In this document: positions 49,049 to 61,232 of the stretch, in pieces | How positions within the stretch are numbered: the first letter of the stretch is position 1 | Layout of the letters: each line of letters opens with the position of its first letter | Assembly (NCBI GenBank): GCA_051530055.1 | Contig: JBMGUZ010000010.1 | Span: 1 to 61,232 of the forward strand | Direction: 5' to 3' | DNA length: 61,232 nt | Source of the DNA: Neoechinorhynchus agilis | Taxonomy: Eukaryota > Animalia > Acanthocephala | Notes under the pieces: model-generated | The model's input: the letters and a program-made list of their open reading frames with translations, nothing else | What the model was told of the DNA's origin: nothing | The model's database searches: none | Made by a program: the position numbers and the translations under genes

Positions 49049-50450
49049 TTGCAGTTTATATGTTACAAAGCGGTTTTAAAATTCACATCTTTTGGAGTCG
49101 CTTCCTCTCCCACTTGGTTTCCCGACAATATTATTGACTCAATGGAAATTTCAAAAGAGGATATTTTGTCAGTATGGAGTAGAGGTGTTTCTAGCGCCAA
49201 CGACGCTCTTTCCTGCTCGCCCAAAGTGCTTCAGGTGGTCAATTGGAATGGAAGGTTATCTTTTCAGGATTTATTTAATAAGGTAGGGAAAATAATTATT
49301 CCCAAAAATGATAAAATAATTTCAAGTCCTGGGGATGTTAGACTCATATCTATTCAAAACCCGTTAATTTCTATTATTGAGAAAGTTCTTAATAAAAAAC
49401 TTATGACTTTTCCAGTTAACAAAAATCTTATGCCACCTAATTTTCATGGGTTTGTCCCGGGTAAGGGAGTTAACTCTTTGTTATACGAGTTGCAAAGTTT
49501 TAAAGATCATATCATTGGAGTAAATAAAGTTCTTGTTCAACTAGATATTAACAAGGCATTTGACGCGATTCATCGCACTTTTATTTATGAGGCTATGGCT
49601 TAAGAATCCCTAAAAACTTAAAAAACTAACCAAATTTTTATTTGAGTCAAAATCGTATTTTATATATAACAAATCAATTTTTTACTCGAAATATGGTGTG
49701 CCTCAAGGCTCCCCCTTTCCCCTACTCTTTTCCTTATAGGAATGATTAAAATTTTAAAACAATTAAACAAGAAATATTGTAAATATTGGACCTATGCGGA
49801 AGATTAATTTTTCTTAGTTTTTAATAAAAAGGGAAAAGCTTATTAATCTTATTGGAGATCTTCTTATTAACTTAGATTGCATTTTAAAGAGAGCAAATCT
49901 CGCTGTAAATAGACAAAAAACTTTAATTATCCCCTTAACAAAGACGCTGAGTTTGAGAGCAAAACTCACTACGCTACTATGCGAAAATGATTTAACCAAT
50001 GCTTACTCTGTTAAAAACTGTTTCGGGGTCTTATCTATCAACTTTCCGGCTAGCAACAAAAGAACGGTTCTAAACTCCAATGTGACCTCAGACTACTTTT
50101 AAAACCTCTTGAGGCGGTTTTCTTTTTTGGCAGAGGTAGACCACCGGACCTTAGGCTAACTTTTGCCAAAAATGTTATTAAAAAAGTAAATAATGTAATA
50201 AAACTTCTAGTGTGAAAGAGCGATTGAAGTTTTTCTATGGAAGATTTTTTAACCAAAATTTTAAAGAATGTTTTATCATTGCCAACAGGCACGATATACG
50301 AATGGTGAATAGAGATGGAGCAATGATCAAGAAAGTATCTCAGATGCTAAATCGATTTTAGAGGTAATCAAAAAAATGAATTCATACGATATTAAAAAAA
50401 TCTTTTACAAAACAAGGACACAAAAATAGGACAGATAGTCATATGAACCG
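49049..50450 (+). mobile_element. LINE RT fragment
   Basis: VRLISIQNP, FHGFVPGKG, QLDINKAFD, GVPQGSP, YAED. Confidence 0.85.
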
Positions 50451-51257
50451 TTTGTTATTCTATATTTTCGTTATCTATCCATTTCCACATTATTCATAAT
50501 TTGTATATCCCAAACTTTTTGTTATTTGGCCGCTACCATGCAGTCAAAATCTGGGGAGGGATATCCCGATTCCTATAAGACTGCAGAGCGTGCCGGAATA
50601 TCTCGCGGGAGATATTCCTTTTGTTATTTCATTGTTTGTTACTTAATCCTGGTCTCTTCGGCTCCGAGATCAGCCAAACGGAAGAGTCGGGAATATTTGC
50701 AACGAGAACAAGATGGAATAGCTTGGAATTCATAACTCCTTTTTTGTTTTGAGCGAATTTGTATGCTGCGCTCTTAAATAATAAAATAATAATAAAGTTC
50801 GTTGACTTTAGCGATAATAATTCTATGTTTGTACCAATTGTTGGAACATGAAAAAAATCGAATCAAATCACATTCAAAAATTCTAACATTAATTAAAATC
50901 AACTTAAAATTAAAGTAAACGGCAAAGATTTTATCCAGCAATGGAAATAAAATGAATGGCCGTAGGGATTTTCGATACGTTGTATGGAATGTTAGAAAAA
51001 TAGGAGAGGAAAAAGAGAATGGAGTAAGTGATTTTGCTTTAAAAGGATTTTTGGTGAGCATAGCATTGGATTGTTATTGTACGCTTATTGATTTCGAAGT
51101 CCTATTGACCTTGGTAACGCGATTTCATGAATTTAGTGCCCAAATCTACACTTAAGCATCATTTAATATATTTACTCTGTTCCATTTATGGATATTATTT
51201 AGGCTCGGTTGTAGTAGATGGCGGAATAGTAGTTATCGGGTTTCCGTCAAGACGTAT

Positions 51258-54200
51258 GAGAGCTATCAATTAGGTCAACAGCCGAACCTTTTTGCACCGC
51301 AGGCTACTCGGACCACCTCATAGAGCTTTCAATTAAGTCACACAATCATGAACCCTTTTTACCACATGCTTCTCTGTCGTTCTAAGAGAGCTATCAATTA
51401 GGTCAACAACACGAACCTTTTTGCACCGCAGGCTACTCGGACCAGCTATTAGAGCTTTCAATTACGTCACACAATCATGAACCCTTTTTACCACATGCTT
51501 CTCTGTCGTTCTAAGAGAGCTATCAATTAGGTCAACAACACGAACCCTTCTGCACCGCAGGCTACTCGGACAACCTCATAGAGCTTTCAATTACGTCACA
51601 CCATCGTGAACCCTTTTTACCACATGCTTCTCTGTCGTTCTAAGAGAGCTATAAATTAGGTCAACAGCACGAACCTTTTTGCACCGCAGGCTACTCGGAC
51701 CAGCTCATAGAGCTTTCAATTACGTCAAACCATCATGAACCCTTTTTACCACATGCTTCTCTGTCGTTCTAAGAGAGCTATCAATTAGGTCAACAGTTCG
51801 AACATTTTTGCACCGCAGGCTACTCGGACCAGCTCATAGAGCTTTCAATTACGTCACACCATCATGAACCTTTTTACCACATGCTTCTCTGTCGTTCTAA
51901 GAGAGCTATCAATTAGGTCAACAACATGAACCTTTTTGCACCGCAGGCTCCTCCGACCACCTCATAGAGCTTTCAATTACGTCACACCATCATGAACACT
52001 TTTTACCACATGCTTCTCTGTCGTTCTAAGAGAGTTATAAATTAGGTCAACAAACATGAACCCTTCTACCACCGGAGGCTCTCGGACCACCTCATAGAGC
52101 TTTCAATTACGTCAAACCATCGTGAACCCTTTTTACCACATGCTTCTCTGTCGTTCTAAGAGAGCTATAAATTAGGTCGCAGCACGAACCTTTTTGCACC
52201 GCAGGCTACTCGGACCAGCTCATAGAGCTTTCAATTACGTCACACCATCATGAACCCTTTTTACCACATGCTTCTCTGTCGTTCTAAGAGAGCTATCAAT
52301 TAGGTCAACAGTTCGAACATTTTTGCACCGCAGGCTACTCGGACCAGCTCATAGAGCTTTCAATTACGTCACACCATCATAAACACTTTTTACCACATGC
52401 TACTCTGTCGTTCTAAGAGAGCTATCAATTAGGTCAACAACACGAACCTTTTTGCACCGCAGGCTACTCGGACAACCTCATAGAGCTTTCAATTACGTCA
52501 CACCATCATGAACACTTTTTGCCACGTGCTTCTCTGTCCTTCTCAGAGAGCTATCAATTAGGTCAACAACAGGAACCTTTTTGCACCGCAGGCTACTCGG
52601 ACCACCTCATAGAGCTTTCCATTACGTCACACCATCATGAACCCTTTTTACCACATGCTTCTCTGTCGTTCTAAGAGAGCTATAAATTAGGTCAACAGCA
52701 CGAACCTTTTTGCACCGCAGGCTACTCGGACCAGCTCATAGAGCTTTCAATTACGTCACACCATCATGAACCCTTTTTACCACATGCTTCTCTGTCGTTC
52801 TAAGAGAGCTATCAATTAGGTCAACAATTCGAACATTTTTGCACCGCAGGCTACTCGGACCAGCTCATAGAGCTTTCAATTACGTCACACCATCATGAAC
52901 CCTTTTTACCACATGCTTCTCTGTCGTTCTAAGAGAGCTATCAATTAGGTCAACAGTTCGAACATTTTTGCACCGCAGGCTACTCGGACCAGCTCATAGA
53001 GCTTTTAATTACGTCACACCATCATGAACACTTTTTACCATATGCTTCTCTGTCGTTCTAAGAGAGCTATCAATTAGGTCAACATCACGAACCTTTTTGC
53101 ACCGCAGGCTACTCGGACCACCTAATAGAGCTTTCAATTACGTCACACCATCATGAACACTTTTTACCACATGCTTCTCTGTCGTTCTAAGAGAGCTATC
53201 AATTAGGTCAACAACACGAGCCTTTTTGCACCGCAGGCTACTCGGACCAGCTCATAGAGCTTTCAATTACGTCACACCAGCATGAACACTTTTTACCACA
53301 TGCTTCTCTGTCGTTCTAAGAGAGTATAGAATTAGGTCCAACAGCACGAACCTTTTTGCACCGCAGGCGCTACTCGGACCAGCTATAAGAGCTTTCAATT
53401 ACGTCAAACCATCATGAACACTTTTTGCCACGTGCTTCTCTGTCCTTCTCAGAGAGCTATCAATTAGGTCAACAACAGGAACCTTTTTGCACCGCAGGCT
53501 CTCGGACCACCTCATAGAGCTTTCCAATTACGTCACACCATCATGAACCCTTTTTACCCATGCTTCTATGTCGTTCTAAGAGAGCTATAAATTAGGTCAA
53601 CAACACGAACTTTTTGCACCGCAGGCTACTCGGACCAGCTCATAGAGCTTTCAATTACGTCACACCATCATGAACACTTTTTATCACATGCTTCTCTGTC
53701 GTTCTTAGAGCGCCATCAATTAGGTCAACAGCACGAACCTTTTTGCACCGCAGGCTACTCGGACCAGCTCATAGAGCTTTCAATTACGTCACACCATCAT
53801 GAACACTTTTTACCACATGCTTCTCTGTCGTTCTAAGAGAGCTATCAATTAGGTCAACAACACGAACCTTTTTGTACCGCAGGCTACTCGGACCAGCGCA
53901 TAGAGCTTTCAATTACGTAACACCATCATGAACCCTTTTTACCACATGCTTCTCTGTCGTTCTAAGAGAGCTATCAATTAGATCAACAACACGAACCTTT
54001 TTGCACCGCAGGCTACTCGGACCAGCTCATAGAGCTTTAAATTACGTCACACCATCATGAACACTTTTTACCACATGCTACTCTGTCGTTCTAAGAGAGC
54101 TATCAATTAGGTCAACAACACGAACCTTTTTGTACCGCAGGCTACTCGGACCAGCTATTAGAGCTTTCAATTACGTCACACCATCATGAACCCTTCTTAC

Positions 54201-57200
54201 CACATGCTTCTATGTCGTTCTAAGAGAGCTATCAATTAGGTCAACAGTTCGAACCTTTTTGCACCGCAGGCAACTCGGACCAGCTGCTAGAGCTTTCAAT
54301 TACGTCACACCATCACGAACCCTTCTTACCACATGCTTCTATGTCGTTCTAAGAGAGCTATCAATTAGGTCAACAGCGCGAACCTTTTTGCACCGCAGGC
54401 TACTCGGACCAGCCCATAGAGCTTTCAATTACGTCACACCATCATGAACCCTTTTTACCACATGCTTCTCTGTCGTTCTAAGAGAGCTATAAATTAGGTC
54501 AACAGTTCGAACCTTTTTGCACCGCAGGCGCTCGGACCAGCTGCTAGAGCTTTCAATTACGTCACACCATCACGAACCCTTCTTACCACATGCTTCTATG
54601 TCGTTCTAAGAGAGCTATCAATTAGGTCAACAGCACGAACCTTTTTTGCACCGCAGGCTACTCGGACCAGCCCATAGAGCTTTCAATTACGTCACACCAT
54701 CATGAACCCTTTTTACCACATGCTTCTCTGTCGTTCTAAGAGTGCTATAAATTAGGTCAACAACACGAACCTTTTTGCACCGCAGGCCACTCGTACCAGC
54801 TATTAGAGCTTTCAATTACGTCACACCATCATGAACCCTTTTTACCACATGCTTCTCTTTCGTTCTAAGAGAGCTATCAATTAGGTCAACAGTTCGAACC
54901 TTTTTGCACCGCAGGCTACTCGGACCAGCTCATAGAGCTTTCAATTACGTCACACCATCATGAACCCTTCTTACCACATGCTTCTATGTCGTTCTAAGAG
55001 AGCTATAAATTAGGTCAACAACACGAACCTTTTTGCACCGCAGGCCACTTGGACCAGCTATTAGAGCTTTCAATTACGTCACACCATCATGAACCCTTCT
55101 TACCACATGCTTCTATGTCGTTCTAAGAGAGCTATCAATCAGGTCAACAGCACGAACCTTTTTGACCCGCAGGCTACTCGAACCAGCCCATAGAGCTTTC
55201 AATTACGTCACACCATCATGAACCCTTTTTACCACATGCTTCTCTGTCGTTCTAAGAGAGCTATCAATTAGGTCAACAGTTCGAAACTTTTTGCACCGCA
55301 GGCTACTCGGACCAGCTCATAGAGCTTTCAATTACGTCACACCATCATAAACCCTTCTTACCACATGCATCTCTGTCGTTCTAAGAGAGCTATAAATTAG
55401 GTCAACAACATGAACCCTTCTGCACCGCAGGCTACTCGGACAACCTCATAGAGCTTTGAATTACGTAACGCCATCATGAACCCTTTTTACCATATGCTTC
55501 TCTGTCGTTCTCAGTTAGCTATCAATTAGGTCAACAATAGGAATCTTTTTGCACCGCAGGCTACTCTGACCAGCTCATAGAGCTTTCAATTACGTCACAC
55601 CATCATGACCACTTTTTACCACATGCTTCTCTGTCGTTCTAAGAGCGCTATCAATTAGGTCAACAGCACGAACCTTTTTGCACCGCAGGCTACTCGGACC
55701 AGTTATTAGAGCTTTCAATTACGTCACACCATCATGAACCCTTTTTAGCACATGCTTCTCTGTCGTTCTAAGAGAGCTATCAATTAGGTCAACAGTTCGA
55801 ACACTTTTTGCACCGCAGGCAACTCGGACCAGCTCATAGAGCTTTCAATTACGTCACACCATCACGAACCCTTCTTACCACATGCTTCTATGTCGTTCTA
55901 AGAGAGCTATCAATTAGGTCAACAACACGAACCTTTTTGCACCGCAGGCTTTCTCGGACCAGCTCATAGAGCTTTCAATTACGTCACACCATCATGAACA
56001 CTTTTACCACATGTTTCTCTGTCGTTCTAAAGAGGCTATCAATTAGGTCAACAGTTCGAACCTTTTTGCACCGCAGGCTGCTCGGACCAGCTCATGGAAG
56101 CTTTCAATTACGTCACACCATTATGAACCCTTCTTACCACATGCTTCTATGTCGTTCTAAGAGAGCTATAAATTAGGTCAACAACATGAACCCTTCTGCT
56201 GCGCAGGCTGCTCCGGACCACCTCATAGAGCTTTCAATTACGTCAAACCATCATGAACACTTTTTACCACATGCTTCTCTGTCGTTCTCAGAGAGCTATC
56301 AATTAGGTCAACAGCACGAACCTTTTTGCACCGCACAGGCCACTCGGACCAGCCCATAGAGCTTTCAATTACGTCACACCATCATGAACCCTTTTTACCA
56401 TATGCTTCTCTGTCGTTCTAAGAGAGCTATCAATTAGGTCAACAACATGAACCCTTCTGCACCGCAGGCTACTCGGACAACCTCATAGAGCTTTCAATTA
56501 CGTAACGCCATCATGAACCCTTTTTACCATATGCTTCTCTGTCGTTCTCAGTTAGCTATCAATTAGGTCAACAACACGAACCTTTTTGCACCGCAGGCCA
56601 CTTGGACCAGCTATTAGAGCTTTCAATTACGTCACACCATGGTACTTTTTACCACATGCTTCTCTGTCGTTCTAAGAGAGCTATCAATTAGGTCAACAGC
56701 ACGAACCTTTTTGCACCGCAGGCTCACTCGGACCACCTCATAGAGCTTTCAATTACGTCATTTTTTTTACCATTATGAACCCTTCTTACCACATGCTTCT
56801 ATGTCGTTCTAAGAGAGCTAAAATTAGGTCAACAACATGAACCCTTCTGCACCGCAGGCTCTCGGACCAGCCCATAGAGCTTTCAATTACGTCACACCAT
56901 CATGAACACTTTTTGCCACGTGCTTCTCTGTCGTTCTAAGAGAGCTATCAATTAGGTCAACAACACGAACCTTTTTGCACCGCAGGCTACTCGGACCAGC
57001 CCATAGAGCTTTCAATTACGTCACACCATCATGAACCCTTTTTACCATATGCTTCTCTGTCGTTCTCAGTTAGCTATCAATTAGGTCAACAATAGGAATC
57101 TTTTTGCACCGCAGGCTACTCGGACCAGCTATTAGAGCTTTCAATTACGTCACACCATCATGAACCCTTTTTAGCACATGCTTCTCTGTCGTTCTAAGAG

Positions 57201-57817
57201 AGCTATCAATTAGGTCAACAGTTCGAACCCTTTTTGCACCGCAGGCAACTCGGACCAGCTCATAGAGCTTTCAATTGCGTCACACCATCGTGAACCCTTT
57301 TTACCACATGCTTCTCTGTCGTTCTAAGAGAGCTATCAATTAGGTCAACAACAGGAACCTTTTTGCACCGCAGGCTGCTCGGACCAGCTCATAGAGCTTT
57401 CAATTATGTCACATTAGCATGAACCCTTTTTACCACACGCTTCTCTGTCGCGCTCAGAGAGCTATCAATTAGGTAAACAACGTGAACCTTTTTGCACCGC
57501 AGGCTGCTCGGACCAGCTCATAGAGCTTTTAATTACGTCACACCATCATGAACCCTTTTTACCACATGCTTCTCTGTCGTTCTAAGAGAGCTATCAATTA
57601 GGTCAACAACATGAACCTTTTTGCACCGCAGGCTGCTCGGACCCAGCTCATAGAGCTTTCAATTACGTCACACCATCATGAACCCTTTTTACCATATGCT
57701 TCTCTGTCGTTCTCAGTTAGCTATCAATTAGGTCAACAATAGGAATCTTTTTGCACCGCAGGCTACTCGGACCAGCTGATAGAGCTTTCAATTATGTCAC
57801 ACCAGCATGAACCCTTT
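51258..57817 (-). repeat. 129-bp satellite array, ~51 units, inverted relative to 27361-29399
   Basis: Tandem GAGAGCTATCAATTAGGTC units, the reverse complement of the first array. Confidence 0.97.
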
Positions 57818-57920
57818 AAATTCTTCACCTTAATATTCAGAGCACTGGGCAGAAATCACATTGCGTCAACACCGATTACAGCTATCGCAATGACGATGAA
57901 CTGACTGCTCCAAAACCCGG

Positions 57921-58053
57921 AGGATCCCGAAGTTTGCCTTCAAGTATATTCCTTTCTGAAGGTAGAGCGCAATTTTTATCAATTTTAGCGCGCATCGCGG
58001 CCCTTGCAGGTTTGAATCCAAAATACTTTCCAGTCAATACTGGCCAGCTCGCT
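57921..58053 (-). mobile_element. Inverted copy of LINE ORF1 piece 13925-14056
   Basis: Near-identical sequence; ORF 57934.. matches ORF 13850..14044. Confidence 0.85.
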
Positions 58054-58395
58054 GAACGAGCACGTGAACGAGTCGATTCTTCTGCAGCACGCATCATGGC
58101 GAGACAGAGAGAGCTGGTTGATAAAATGGAAGCTGCGTTGATAAAGAAAGTAATGATAGCCTCGCAGGAGACCGCAGAAGATGCAAAACAGATAGAAGCC
58201 CGAATGGAACAGCTACCCCTGGCAGAATTGAGAAAGATGTCTGAAGAATTTGAGCCCTGGATCAAGCAGTCAAACGACAGGCCGTGAAGAGCCTAACAGC
58301 CTCGGAGCGGAATTCACTTCAACAAGCTGGATTTCTGGACAAAGGAAAAGCCCAGGGTTTTCAGATCAACACAATCAGAAATGACCACGCCAAAC
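58054..58395 (+). other. Unassigned purine-rich coding-like fragment
   Basis: Open reading ERARERVDSSAARIMARQRELVDKMEAAL...; composition resembles the viral ORFs; no motif. Confidence 0.25.

Positions 58396-61232
<2,837 letters not shown>

Noticed and set aside
28261-56176. Short ORFs inside the satellite arrays
   Set aside because: Chance stop-free runs of repeat units.
27361-57817. CRISPR array or SL-RNA/5S gene cluster interpretation of the 129-bp repeats
   Set aside because: Units are contiguous with no unique spacers, there are no cas genes, and no Sm site or 5S boxes were recognised.
51258-57817. Hammerhead ribozyme in the satellite (GAAA and CTATGAG nearby)
   Set aside because: No CUGANGA core, and the order of elements is wrong.

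Overview
Eukaryotic, repeat-dense window, not prokaryotic; the retroelement families suggest a fast-evolving invertebrate, but the host is not determined. It is a patchwork of decayed non-LTR retrotransposons (APE-RT LINEs, CRE-type RLE elements, one RTE 5' end), two partial Tc1/mariner copies and two oppositely oriented arrays of a 129-bp satellite. It also holds a 48-bp coding minisatellite, a 28S rDNA fragment, a frameshifted TGS1 and a 1.6-kb palindrome carrying two head-to-head eIF3e-like PCI mini-genes. The main signal is a dense collection of endogenous dsRNA-virus (Ghabrivirales/toti-like) sequences from at least two virus lineages and several strains. These are scrambled, oriented away from the window centre, and repeatedly joined to a ~270-bp LINE leader. 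One nearly intact ~850-codon RdRp (44293-46850) is bracketed by two direct copies of that leader. The interval 18.3-61.2 kb has a mirror-like layout: LINE, viral pieces, satellite, centre, satellite, unassigned piece, LINE. All family assignments come from motif recognition by eye; no searches were run, and many boundaries are approximate.
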